Of a stretch of DNA of 64,000 bases, positions 1 to 13,747 are shown piece by piece (within the stretch, counting starts at the first letter, position 1; each line of letters starts with the position of its first letter). Under the pieces are notes generated by a model. That model saw only the letters and a list, made by a program, of their open reading frames with translations. It ran no database searches and was not told the DNA's origin. Location of the stretch: NCBI GenBank assembly GCA_038087875.1, contig CM075987.1, positions 21,144,001 through 21,208,000 on the forward strand. Reading direction: 5' to 3'. A program made the position numbers and the translations under genes. The stretch is from Malacoraja senta (lineage: Eukaryota).

Positions 1-2881
1 GAAATATTTAAAGAAGAGTTTTATTGCACTTTCACATTTATACAGATAATTCTGACTTGAAAGTATGGAGAACATGCCACAGAGATGTTAAAAATTCAAT
101 TGGATTGTTTTTAGTTGTTTTTCAAATCTGAGAAGGGAGATGAGGAAATTTAGAAAATAAATTCCTTTCTTTATGGTCTTGGAATATGATGGTGCAATCA
201 CCAATGGAGGAGAAATTAAATGCACAGATAAGCCTGAATTACAGGAGCCTGGAATCTGAGGTCATCAAACTGGAAACTATTGAGGCCATCCAGTGATGAT
301 GATGAGGATGACTGATATACCAACATTAAGCGTCAGGAGGCTGTTGAGGTTGGAAATAGTCATTGTGGTGGAGATGTACAGTTGGTACAGAGTTCATCTT
401 GGAGCTGACGTGATATCAAGGTTGCAAATAGCTTGGTTCAATTTCGAGTGGTTGCAAGGAAAAGGTATGCTTTTGGAAGTTTGATGTATGCCATAGGTTT
501 CTGAGGTTGCTCTCAGTCTTCCTCGTGTTTTGAACGTGGAAATTGCTGCTCATTTTGTTCATGTTGTTGGAAAAGCCATCTAATAATTTGCTGTGTGTCG
601 AGGTGAAAAGAGGTGGCAGTGAAGTTGAGCAGGCTCAGTGTCCATGTACATATCAATGCAGTGGTTTCTGCTAGGAAGAAGTTCTGTTCTCAGCTAAGTG
701 ACAGCCTCATGCATCACAAAAAAGCTTACGGCATTTGTATCAAGGATATTTTGGCTCAATGTTTTCAGTGTGCTTAAAAGGTACTAAATGCTCATAACAG
801 AATGTACTGTTGTAAAAAAGAGTCAACATACTTTCTGGAATCCAGTCAATTGTTACTGAAAGTTATTAAATTATATAAACTTTTATTTTAGAGGATAAAC
901 CTGGCTGATTGGGCATTGGGTTAGGCTGACCTGTGCTTTAGGATCTTGCATTAATGTTGTTTTCCATTGTAGCAATACGCAGATTAACATTAACCAATAT
1001 GAGAACTCTGTGAAATATGAATGGTAGAAATATAATTTTGCACCCGTCTGTGGTTAGATTTTTGTATTTAGAACAATCTAACCTGTTTGTTTTTGTTTCT
1101 GGGAAGGCCTTGAGAGAGTAAGAGAGAGATTTATTAAAAGGATTTAGCAAGCAATTCCTAATGCATAAATCATCCTGCAATAAATTTATTGCTGTCAAAG
1201 GCTAAGAAGATTGGAAATATTCAACTGGTCAGTCACATCTGAAGAAAGGTCATCGTGTGGAAATATTAACTGTTTCTCTCTCTATACATACTGCCCAACC
1301 TGATGTGTATTTAAAGACATTTGAGTTCTTACTTGCCCTTGATACATATTTGCCATTCAGTCTCTCAAATCTTTATTCCCATTCTGTTCAATTGGAATGA
1401 TTTGTATCTCCGTTCTATTTTCCTGTCTTGGCTCCAAATCTAGAATTTTCAATTAACCCACTGTCCTGAACCTCTTCCGTTAGCAGAGGGAGGCTACATG
1501 CAAACGGGAAGAACAGCGCCTCATATTCCACTTGGGTAGCTTACAATTCAACAGTATGAACATTGAATTCTACAGTTAGTTGGTGTGCCGATGTGGTTAA
1601 CAGTCATAAAAGACCATTTTGGCCAATTGCATTTATGGCCATGCTGCTGTAAACACAAATCCACCTCTGTAGCAGATTTTGCCATCAAACTTAATTTAAT
1701 CTGCCAAAAGTAGTTTGAGGGCACTGGATTAATTTAAGAAAAAGGCTTGAATGTTATCTCTGCTTCTGATATTGGGAAAATTAGCTTCTTTTGGGTCAGT
1801 GAAATTTTTTTATTAGCAGATTTGTAGTTTAATGCACCTCATAACTCATTAAGGCATGAGGGGGAAGGAAGTGGGTGAATGGTTGGGAATTAGCCCCGAG
1901 TAGCAACTGTGTGAGGGTTGTTGGACAATGGTATGGGCATAGCTCTTGTTATCCTTTCAGGCTTTACAATCATCTGTGTGAGAGGGAGGAAAAGAGAGCG
2001 AATTTTGAGTTGATGCAGCATTTTGAGTTGAGTTAATGAAAGTGGTGGAACTATGCAGCAGGTGTTGGCAATGTTCTAAATACCATGCTCTGAAAATGGG
2101 ATTGGTACATGGAAATGCTATCAGTTATTGAAATTAGGTCAGTTAAAACTACGGAAAGCTAAGTGAACTTCTCCAATTTGTTTCTTCGCAGAATGTTAAA
2201 TGTGTGGGTCTTGATATTTGAGCCAGTCTTTTGAAGCTAGCAACGAAGAAGGAATAACAAATCATCAATGTTGTTGAAATTATCCAATACCCAAATTCCC
2301 TCGGTGCTGTGCTGGCCAGCAATACCCATCTGGTTTCATTTATCATGAAAGTCAATTTCTGGAAATGCACTTTTTAAAAAGATTTCACTCCCTTTTTGTG
2401 TGAGTGTAATCCGTATAATCAGGCCCTGGAGTGGGTGGGTCTTGAAGAGTCTTGCTATAATACATCTGAAATTGGGATCATTCTTGTCTTTCCTTAACCA
2501 TTCTTTTGATTCCCTGCTTTCCTGGGACAACTGTTTCTCAATTGAACAGTTTGGTAATACTGTCTGTAAAGTGGAATAATGAAAAGATATTGACTATTTC
2601 AGCATTTGCATTGATTGAGTGATCTGTAAGTGCAGAAATGATGCGCAATAAAAAATTGTAAAGTTCAAAATTCGCTCCTACAAGCAATTCTCTTTAAACA
2701 TTTTTAAACTAAATATTCACAAGACAGTTTGGAAGATTTTTTTATTTCAGCCATTCTAAAAGGTAACCCTGCAGTCCTGCTGTAGCAACATCCAGCCTAA
2801 ATTAGCCAAGTATTGTCTTGAAACTACTTTTGGCAACGTGTTATTCTGCCCGTAAATTTCTCTTTGGATTTTAGAATCATA

Positions 2882-3982
2882 CTAGACCAAGTGCAGGGTC
2901 TGCTCCCCCAACGCACCCGTTCCCTACCCGTAGCCCCCATGGGAGGCGTGGTCCTCCAACTCAAGCAGTTCCCGAATGTAAGATACAGCACTCCCCTGCC
3001 TCCATCAGCAGTGGGCTTTAAAAAAAAATCCAATTGCACCTCCCCTGCGTGTTGCAATAGCAATTCGCCCTCCCCCTCCTGTGAACTGAAAGGTTCAGAG
3101 TGTTCCTGTGTCGCAACATTCTATCGAAGTGTGTTGGAAGCTGGCAGGAATGATTTTAATGAAAAATGTGAATCAGAATATGTCTGCTCCCCCAATGGTG
3201 AGTCTCCCAACGCAATATTCCACCACTCAGCTGTTTCCCCCATCGCAACTTAACCCGTTCCTGAACGTAAGATTCCAGCACTCCCCTGCCTCCCTCAGCT
3301 TTGGACTTAAAAAAAATTCCAATTGCACTTCCCCTGCCTGCCGCACCAGTTCCAACTGTAATACTAATTGGCCCTTCCCCTCCTGTTGAAAAATCCCATT
3401 GAGGTGAAAAGTTCAGAGTGTTTCTGTCTTGCAACTTTGTATCGATCTTCAGTGAAGCTGATCGCTGTTAGCTGAGCCATTGTGACATCATCAGTTGAAG
3501 CTGGTCGTTTTAAATTTAATGTCTTTTGATTTTTTTTTAAACTTTAATCAGCAATGTCAACAAATAACGCATAAAATGTTCAGTGAAGGTGATCTCTGCC
3601 TAGAGGGGAAATGTGTGAATCAGAATATGTAAAAATCTTGTTAAAGTTGGCATTTTTAACACCTTAATTGCGAAGAGGGAGTTAGATGTGGCCCTTGTGG
3701 CTAAAGGGATCAGGGGGTATGGAGAGAAAGCAGGTACAGGATACTGAGTTGGATGATCAGCCATGATCATATTGATTTTTTTAAACTTTTTATCAGTAAT
3801 AAGTCGAGAATAAGTAGAGAAATAAAGCATAAAATGTTCAGTGAAGGTGCTCTCTGCCTAGAGGGGAAAAATGTCAATCAGAAGATGTAAAAATGTAATC
3901 GTTACCGTATAGTGTTTGTGCGAATATGTAAAGACAACCGCATATATACACATACAAGATCAGAGTTTTAATAAGTATATGA
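2882..3982 (-). mobile_element. Probable non-autonomous Helitron with internal duplications and a nested CR1 tail
   Basis: On the - strand it starts A|TC (3982) and ends CTAG|T (2882). Duplicated internal blocks at ~2970-3125 vs 3255-3445 and 3530-3640 vs 3775-3900; CR1 3'UTR piece at ~3665-3775. Confidence 0.65.
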
Positions 3983-6900
3983 TGATATAATATGATTTTC
4001 ATAATGCCAGGCCTGGATTCCGTTCTGCACGTTTTTTGTTAGCTTGTTTTTTTCCTCTGTTACAATGCATTTCCCGCATGATATTAAGGATCTTCAACTT
4101 ATCTGGTCGTTCCTCTTGGATCATCCTTTCAAGACTGGGTTTTACACTCTCACTGACTTGAATGCCTTGGCAACTCAAATTGTAAACGTTACACTTGTGC
4201 TCAGTGACTTAACAGCACACAATAACTTCAAGGTTTGTATTGAAGGGTTGTAGTCAACTTGCTTGTTTGTTACTGTTTGGACTTATTCTACAGAGACCAA
4301 TCGCACTCCTTAGCATTTGTCCACATTGAACTGCTTGCACTTTCAATTAGACCAAAGGCAAGTAAGTTGTTCCATTGTCAGATGTTAATTGCTTGATTTG
4401 AATACAGAATCTCTCAGAATTTTGTTTTGATAAAGCAGTCTTTTGGGACAATTCTGTTAATTTTCAGAATGCTGTGTGAATACTTTATATGTCACAGTTA
4501 AGAGTACAAGTGTTCAGGCACAAGTAATAAATTCAGTATTTCACTCTTGTGCCAATTAAACTTAAAAGGGGAAATTACACTAATCAGTTACTCTGACGCT
4601 TTTCTGCAGTCAAATTAGTTTATCGAATAAAAATCCTTTGCCTCATTGTAAAAAACATTTTGTCTGGTATCATCTTCAAAAGCATTTACATCTGTTTCAT
4701 TACAGGCTGAGTTATTCAGTGCAGTTCTTCACCTTGATTTTCAGCACAGTCTCCCTTAAAGTTGCTGATGGTTCCAGATGTCATGCAGTTTATGTTTGGG
4801 AAAGTAATTGCTCTTTAACGGGGTAATTATTTTCCCAGATATCAATAGCTATATCGTTACCTCACACTGACACCACTGAGCAAATGTTCTCATTATCAGG
4901 ATTATCACTGGTCATTATGTATGCACATCACATTCAAAACTTATTGTTCATTTATGAATAAAAGGTTAATTTGTGTTTTATTTTGTTTGCAATTAAATCA
5001 TTGATAAATTACCATAACTTCTCTCGTCGTTCTGCTCACCCAGTGAATTTGTCAGATAGCTGTGTGCCTTTCAAAACACACATGGTATGTTAAATTGAGT
5101 TTGCTTTTCACTTCAATAATGAGTCGCTCCCCTGCCAGCTAATTTAATCAATTTTAATAATGACCAAGTAAACTGGAATTTCCATTGGATACACACCTTT
5201 CCAAATAGTGTGCTGTTCTTTAAGGTACGTTGTATTTATATGCAGATGCAATAAATGACATGGAATATATGTGCTTCCCCCACCGTGGGAGGATGTTCTT
5301 TTTGTGAAAATAATATTTTGTCAACAAGAACTGTTGGATTGTTGCTTTCCAAGAGGATGGTCCATATTAAGATTTTTCACAACATAAATATGTGGTCTTG
5401 TAAAGAAATACAAGTTGTAACATAAACTTGTGCTTATTTACTATTTACTGGTGGTTTAGCTGCTCTATGAGGGAGGGGATGGGGTGGGGGACAGTGGTTC
5501 ACCAGCAGCACCTGGAAATTGTTATGATCAGGATATCCTTTCTCAAATGCTTTGAAAGGTTGTTTCTGGAGTACTGTAAAATGTTTGAATGTATGATTTA
5601 ACTGCATAGTCAAGCTGCATTAATTGAATAACAGTAAATCTGATAAGTTTGGCTTTTTTCTTATTGCTCTCTTATAGACACATGAAACTGTTCGGTGCTC
5701 GTGCCCAAAATAGATTTTTCTTTTTAAAAATAGTGATGTGTGAACTTTTGTGTCCCTGTGTGCAGATGAATGTACTGTCAATTAAATAATTTGTCTGAAC
5801 AACAGGCCTCCAATGGAGTGATATTTCCTCATTATTGCAGTGTGCTGATTAATCTGACTTCTGTGCTTCAATGTCTAACTTGGAATAGATGGTTACCAAC
5901 CAATCTTGACTGACAATTTGCTGTTGCACAAAGAGAAAAAATCTGACTCTCTTAAACAAATACTCTTTTTTTTTTTCTGGCAGCGTTGAATAATCTAGTC
6001 GTGTTGTACAGTCAGTGCTAGTTACTGGAGATACTGACTTTTAAGGCTGCCTGGAGCTCTGTTTGCCTGGATGGATAGGAATGTTGTTCCACTTGCCTTG
6101 TGATTCACTTGGCAGAGTTTCAGTGATCATTGACCTCCGGCTACAAACATTGAAAATGCAGTGCTTGCGTAATGTAGCCTGTTTTATCTCCGAAGGGATT
6201 GTACAGCTCGTGTTTCTGTAAAAATATTTTTGTTTAGTCAAGGAAAGTTAACCGAACTGTGCAGTGAATGCTTTTATTGGGAGGGGGAGGGTGAATCTGG
6301 AAGTGCACATGTATCCTGAAGATTCATGCGAAAGCTGTGTTTCATGTCAACTTCTTAGTTGGGCGTTATTATTTGTAAATACCTGGGTAGAATTATTTGA
6401 TTCTAGACACTTCCAGCAAAAAGTTTTTTGTTATTCTGCACTGCGTTTGTTATCTCTCCCCAAGTTCTTCCTTTAAATTTATCTTGCTCATTCTGTGATG
6501 TGCCACTGTGTTTACATCCAATGATTTCTTTGGAAATGTAGTCAATGTTTTATGCTGTGGTGAAAATGCAACCAATGTATAGACACAAGAAATCAGAAGC
6601 AAAACTGCTGTTGTCAGTGTTAGTGGAGAAGGAAGAGCGATAGCTGAACTATTTGGAGAATTCTCTTCTAGAATAGTGATGTGGGAACTTTTTATCCAAC
6701 TGAACAGGCCGGCATGACTATGTAAGTTTTTGAAAATATGGTGTGCCAAAGTGTGACCTGGGTTACGACCTTCAAGCGTTGAATGATGCTGGTACCCAGA
6801 AATCTCAAGCAACCAAGTTGAAGTCTTCTTTGTTCCGGCTTATCGCTGGGAAAATAAGCTTGTTTTTTTGGGGGGTTTTGCCCAAATCTGCCGAAAGTTA

Positions 6901-7127
6901 CCAAATTGGATTCATTTCATTTACTCACATTTAGTCTGGTTAATTTATGGCGCCTTGCCCCAAGAACAGTGGCCCAAATAAACTTTAGTGTTGATGTACG
7001 TTTTATATGATTGAGCGCAATACATCTCGGCCTCTTGAGTATACATTATTTGAATGGTGCATTTGAGTATTACAGAAAAATTTACTTTTTATTGCCTTCA
7101 CTCCTTTTCCCATTTTCATGGATTTTC

Positions 7128-8445
7128 TTCAGATTCAGATTCAGATTCAACTTTATTGTCATTGTGCAGTGTACAGTACAGAGACAACGGAATGCAGTTA
7201 GCATCTCCCTAGAAGAGCGACATAAATATGAGCAATAAATAAATCTATTTACGTGCATACAGTCATAGTATTTTTCCTGGTGGGAGGAGTGTCTGGGGGG
7301 GGGGGGTGATTGGCAGTCACCGAGGTACAGTGTTGAGTAGTGTAACAGCCGCAGGGAAGAAGCTGTTCCTGGACCTGCTGGTCCGGCAACGGAGAGACCT
7401 GTAGCGCCTCCCGGATGGTAGGAGGGTAAACAGTATGTGGTTGGGGTGAGAGCAGTCCTTGGCGATGCTGAGCGCCCTTCGCAGACAACGCTTGCTTTGG
7501 ACAGACTCGATGGTGGGGAGTGAGGAACCGGCGATGCGTTGGGCAATTTTCACCACCCTCTGCAGTGCTTTCCGGTCGGAGACAGAGCAGTTGCCATACC
7601 ATACTGTGATACAGTTGGTAAGGATGCTCTCGATGGTGCAGCGGTAGAAGTTCACCAGAATCTGAGGAGACAGATGGACCTTCTTTAGTCTCCTCAGGAA
7701 GAAGAGACGCTGGTGAGCCTTCTTGACCAGAGTTGAGGTATTGTGGGTCCAAGAGAGGTCATTGGAGATGTTGACCCCCAGGAACCTGAAGCTGGAAACA
7801 CGTTCCACCTCCGTCCCGTTAATGTGGATGTGGGTGTGCATGCTGCCCCTAGACTTCCTGAAGTCTACAATGAGCTCCTTGGTCGTCTTGGAGTTAAGGG
7901 CCAGGTTGTTGTCAGCGCACCATGCTGCTAGGAGCTGGACCTCCTCCCTATAGGCCGACTCATCGTTGTTGCTGATGAGGCCAATCACAGTTGTATCATC
8001 TGCATGCTTGATGATGGTGTTAGTACCATGTACAGGTGTGCAGTCGTAGGTGAAGAGGGAGTAGAGGAGGGAGTAGAGGAGGGAGTAGAGGAGGGAGTAG
8101 AGGAGGGAGTAGAGGAGGGAGTAGAGGAGGGAGTAGAGGAGGGGGCTCAGCACACAGCCCTGTGAAACGCCGGTGTTCAGGGTGAGGGTTGAAGAAGTGT
8201 GCTTGTCTAACCTAACAGACTGGGGTCTGTTGGTTAGAAAGTCCAGTATTCAGTTGCAGAGGGAGGGGTCGATGCCCAGGTCACCGAGTTTGGTGATCAG
8301 TTTAGAGGGTATGATGGTGTTGAATGCTGAGCTGTAATCGATGAACAGCATTCTTACGTAAGTGTCTCTGTTGTCGAGGTGGGAGAGGGCGGAGTGAAGT
8401 GCCGTTGAGATGGCATCCTCCGTACTCCTGTTCTTGCGGTAGCAT
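7128..8445 (-). mobile_element. 5'-truncated Rex1/Babar-type LINE (RT C-terminal part)
   Basis: ORFs 8250..8486 and 7317..8153 ([29 protein letters not shown]); (TCTGAA)n tail at 7128-7150. Confidence 0.9.
8058..8141. repeat. 12-bp tandem repeat x7 (GGAGTAGAGGAG) inside the LINE RT
   Basis: 84 nt encoding (LLYS)7 on the - strand. Confidence 0.95.
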
Positions 8446-10503
8446 TCTTTTCTCCATATCCATGCCAGTTTATGTGAACCCATCACATATTACTTCTGGA
8501 ATAAATGCAATGAATAAATTATTTAAGTGTGTTTTAATTAAACTGGTAAAGAAGGGATGAGTTAGCCTGTAACCTGTAATTTTCCCCACACGCTGTTGAG
8601 TACCTTATGTTGCTCACTGAAATTAACACTCGAATCAACATTTGCAATATCTATTGCAGTCCTTGAATCTGAAGCGCTGCAAAGAGCAAAATGGAATAAT
8701 GCAAGAAGGAGATTGAAAACCAAGCTGAAGAGATGAATTTTAAGGTACTTTGTCTTGAGCAACAGAAACAATGAGGAAAGTGGCTTTGATACATGGTAAT
8801 GGTGGAGACACCGGGAACTGCAGATGCACAAATCTTGAGCAAAACAGTGCTGGAGTAACTCAGCGGGTCAGGCAGCATTTGTGGAGGGAAAGGATAGAGA
8901 ATGTTTTAGGTTGGAATCCTTCTTCAGACTTTGGGTATAATTATGCATTCTTTCAAGGGCAATGAATTCATAGAGGCCTTAAAATGGCCCACTGCCCCCT
9001 ACCAACATAAAAGAACATATTTAAAAATGGGACTGTGGATGGGAGATCTGCCAACTCCGATGTGGGATTGGGAGCCACCAAAAGGGATGACCAGGGAGCT
9101 ACAACCAATGAATCGGAAGTATTTGAGATCTGGGACCCACAGCCTGAAGGTGAGGTGAGTCCCATTAAAACATCACCTTGCTGAAACAAGATTTGAAAGA
9201 AAAACCGATGTGGAATTTGAGCGATTGTGTTTTGTGGAGTTTCGTGGACTGAAGGTAGTGTAATATATTGCAAAAGGTATAAAGGTGGCCGCAATTGTTG
9301 CACATGCAGTAAAGGACAAGGATATCCATGAGCTTTTATGAATAAACAAAAAAGATTTGCATATATATTGTGCATTCATAACATTTGTGTTGTCCTCGCC
9401 TACATTACAGCATATGAAGTGCTTTTGAAGTGCAGTCACTGCTGTGATGTAGGAAATGTGGCAACTGACTTGCATGTAGCAAATTACCACAAATATCCAT
9501 GAGATGACTAAATGTCTGATGATAATGTTGAGCAAAGATATTGACTGTGGAAAAACTCCCTTTCCCTCTTTTGAAATAGTATGCATTTTTATGTTCATCG
9601 TACAAGGCAGTCAGGACTATGGTTTAATGTGTCATCTGATAGGCAGTGCCTCTGACAGTCCAATTAAATAATCAAAGAGTCCTCCATGTGCTTGGTGTTT
9701 GGGAATTAAAGGCGTGGGAAAAAAAAGTAACCTAACAAATCCTTGTCCTCTGGAATGATCACTTAGATAAAGAGAAATCAGAGCATAAGCAATGTCAGCA
9801 ACCTTTTGAGCCTAATGGTGTGTTTCCGTGCTGTAAAAGCTATATAATTGACATTGATTACATACATTATTAATAATGTATCTGCTTGAGTAAAAACAGA
9901 TTACTAAGGTAGAGAAAATGAGTTTCAAAATAATGCGATGTGTTCTGAAATAGAATCGGTGGACTACAGAATAATAGGATGACTAGAGGCATTTCTAGCC
10001 GTGTAAGTGGATTTGAATTGCTTTTGGGACAAAGAGCAGAAAATAATCATGCGATCATTTAATCAATATTCACATTCCTTTATGAATTTTGCACTTTTTG
10101 ACAAAAGCACATAATGGAAATTCAGTTGACTATGTCGCACAGATGATGGGATTGGGACAGGCATCATCCAGATGAATTGCATATTGGTATTTATGTTTTG
10201 TATGTAAATCAGGAGGAACATTCAAATTTAATTAGCTATATTGTTAAATGATATTCCACAAATGCCGTTTGAATTAAGTTATGAATGAATTATGAACATT
10301 GTAAAAGTAGACATTTTTAGACAAAATTGTACAAAACATAAATTTGCCATGTTGTTGACACTTAAAGACATGCTTTAACTGTCAACAACATGACAAACAT
10401 AACTTCACATATGGAATTAACTTCAAGTACTGTGCAAAGCTCTCTAAAATTTTGAGTTTTGGACAGCTTGGTTATTCTTGCTGCACAGGGATTTACAAAC
10501 TAA

Positions 10504-10630
10504 CTAGACCAAGTGGGACCCGTTGGGCCCCCCCCCCCCCCCAATGCAGGAGGGCTGGTCCCCGAACACAATATTCCATCACTCACCCATAGCCCCCAAC
10601 TGCGCAGGCACTGCTGACGGGTTCCCATTG
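10504..10630 (-). mobile_element. Helitron-like 3' end
   Basis: Minus strand reads GGGCCCAACGGGTCCC (hairpin)-ACTTGGT-CTAG|T; shares sequence with 2882-2945 and 3205-3225. Confidence 0.6.
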
Positions 10631-11224
10631 TTACATGATATACACACGCACGCACGTAATTAAGTCTCTGAAGTGCTTTAAAGATGCCGTTGTCATCTGA
10701 AATGGAATATATAGTAACAATGAAGAACCTTAAGAGTTGCTCATGTCAATCTAAAATTGAAGCTCGTTTGAAGATCAAATTGGTATTCTCAGTGGTTGAG
10801 AATTAATTTCTTAGACTTTTGTACATGAGGGATGAATGGATGTCAACTTTTGAATTTACAATGAAAACATCTCAAAGGAACAACCAAGATATCAATTACT
10901 TTCTGAAGTCTTCAGAAGAAAAGTTCTTTGCAGATATATTGATAAACCATATGGGACAATAATTCCCTCTGAAGTGAGGCTGAATCAGCAGAATTTCATA
11001 TATTCTCTTCAATTAAAAAAAATCAAAACTATATGTAATTTGAAGAAGGCCATTTATATTTATTTATTTGTCTTAATTTACTCCATAAAACGATTTGTCT
11101 ATCCAATCATTGCTCCCCATTCCAAATATACAAATACTCTCATTTCCAGGACAGATCACCAGATAAGTGTTACGACCTGAAACACTACCTGAATTTTTCC
11201 TTGTATTTAATCAAGATGGTGAGA

Positions 11225-11470
11225 CAGTTTTGTGCAACACTGAGAGAGTTGCACTGTCAGAGGTGTTGTCTTTCAGATGAGATGGTAAGCTGAGTCCTTG
11301 TTAGCCATCTCGGATGGTTGCAAAAGATTCCACGCTATTTCAGTGAGGAGTAAGAGTGATGCCACTGTTGTCATTACAAGCATTAATAGCTGAACCAACA
11401 TCCTTGAAACAGATTACAACATTGTCGTTATCATGTATTTGTGGGAGATAGCATACCATTGTGAAAGATC
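11225..11470 (+). mobile_element. Deu-domain SINE (SacSINE1/AmnSINE1-like); related copies at ~9395-9660(-), 26870-27180(+), 53850-54075(+), 61620-61820(-)
   Basis: TGCACTGTCAGAGGTGTTGTCTTTCAGATGAGA... resembles the recalled Deu-domain consensus; similar blocks recur at the listed sites. Confidence 0.6.
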
Positions 11471-13747
11471 TTTTACTTGCTGTTGAACTTGGTTGTCTCA
11501 AAAAAGGTAAATTATTTTCCGCTTTATATACCGAGTCTTGCGCTTTCCATTTCATCAATGGTATTAGTTTTACCATGTAACCATGGCCATCATGACCTTG
11601 GTATCCCAAAATGCTTTACAACCAAGGTAGGGTAATCACTGTCTTGGTGTAGGAATAACACAATGGATAATTTGCACACAGTTTTTCATTTTCCCCCATC
11701 TGTCAACTGCTCATGTACAGAGTACAGTGGTCCTATGTTGATCCCCATATCTAGGTTGTGTTCCAATGAATTTAAAACCACATCTTTCCAGTATATTTTT
11801 TGTTAAATTTAATGTCCTCTTTTCCTGACTAGTCAAGAAGCAAATGCTAAATTAGAATATATGACTTATCATTTAGCATTGTTCAACTAACTTTCAGAAT
11901 ATGGTCAGTTGAATCTTATTGTGTGCTGATCTGAATGCAAAGCAGAGACCATCACTTTTCTCAAACCTTTGGGTTCATTTGCTGCAATGAATTTGGACTA
12001 TTTTTGTCCAGTTGAACCTCTAATTAGCTGAACCAAGCAATGATGACACAAGGAACTTCAGATGCTGGAAACTTGAACAAAACATAAAGTGCTGGAGGAA
12101 CTCAGCTGATCAAGCAGCATCTGTGGAGGTAGTGGATGGGCAGCGATTCTTGTTGGGACCCTTCTTCGAGCTGATTGTCTCCCGCCTTCTACATGTCGTC
12201 TGTCCATTCCTGCCATAGATGCTGCTTATCCACTGAATTCCAGCATTTTGTTTTTAAAATATGGAATGTTAATGTTTGATCGATGATTTATATGGTTGAA
12301 AGATGGGTAGTGCCGGGATACTGCAATCAGCTTCAATTGACACTGGAGTCAGTTGAGTGACAATAGCAGAACCCATTTGAATATGGTTGTGTAAATTTAG
12401 AATCAGAGAGTGATTTATTTTTGTATTAAAGATAAACCTAAATGCATCCCTTTCTGGCTAAATGGAATCTAGTGTATATTAAGTTTCAGAGAATGATGTC
12501 TCTTTGAATGAATTTTACAATCCGTCCTACTACCCTGCTCTCTCAGAGTTGTAAAACTTTCCTTGTCCAATTTATATTTGGTATAAATATCTCATTCACT
12601 TTTGAATATCTTTATTGAATCTCTCTATAGAATTATGTTGCTTGATATAAGAGGTAATTTTGATATGGAGAGAATAAAACTCAATAATGCTGCTACAATT
12701 GAGCATTTTGGAAACTTAGGAGAGGAAGAAAAGTTACAAGACAAACAAAAATATATGAATTTATTTAACATGGAACATTGTAATTTTGCAGGAAGAGATT
12801 TTTTGTTGAGTTGGGCAGCATCTCTGGAGAACATGGATAGAGAACATGTGCAGGAAGGAACTGCAGATGCTGGTTTACACTGAAGATAGTCACAAAAAGG
12901 AACCCAGCATGGGGGGACTGCCGTGAGGGACGGTGGGAGAACAAAGGGGGACCCGGTGTGGGGGAGGGACAATCTTGTTTTAGAATCCTCTGCCCAGGGG
13001 GATAAGGCTGTGTTTGTTTGTTCGTTTGTTCCGGTTAAGGCGCTGTGCACACGGCAGGCAGCCGACAGTCGCTTGTCTTTTTCTTTTTTTTCCCTCACAC
13101 TTTTAATTTAATTTTAATTTCAAGTTTTCGTGTAGCTTATGTGTTGTGACTGTTAGCAGACTAATTTCCCTCCGGGGATGAATAAAGTTTTATCGTATCG
13201 TAAAATGCTGGCGTAACTCAACAGGTCAAGCAGCATCTCTGGAGAAAAAGAATAGGTGACGCTTTAGGTCTGAAGAAGGGTCTCGACCTGAAATGTTTAC
13301 CTATTCCTTTTCTCCATAGATGCTGCCTGACCTGCTGAGTTACTCCAGCATTTTCATAAGATAATAAGTGATAGGAGCAGAATTAGGCCATTGACACATC
13401 AAGTCTACTCCGCTATTCAATCATGGCTGATCTGGCTCTCCCTCTTAACCGCGTTCTCCTGCCTTCTCCCGATAACTTTTGACACCTGTTTTGTGTCTTT
13501 CTTATGGATGGACAACATTTTAGGTTGGGAACAGGCAACATCAATGGCATATGAAGACTGCCAGTTATGATTATTTACAGTGCGCTGCATTCTATCGCGA
13601 GATTCAATAAAGATATTCAAAAGAGAATGGTCCTGACCCAAAATGTAACCTATCCATGTTCTACAGAGATGCTGCCTGATGCAGTTACTCTAGCGTTTTT
13701 GTGTTTTTTGCTCAAGATTCCAGCATCTGTGGTTCCGTGTGTCAATT

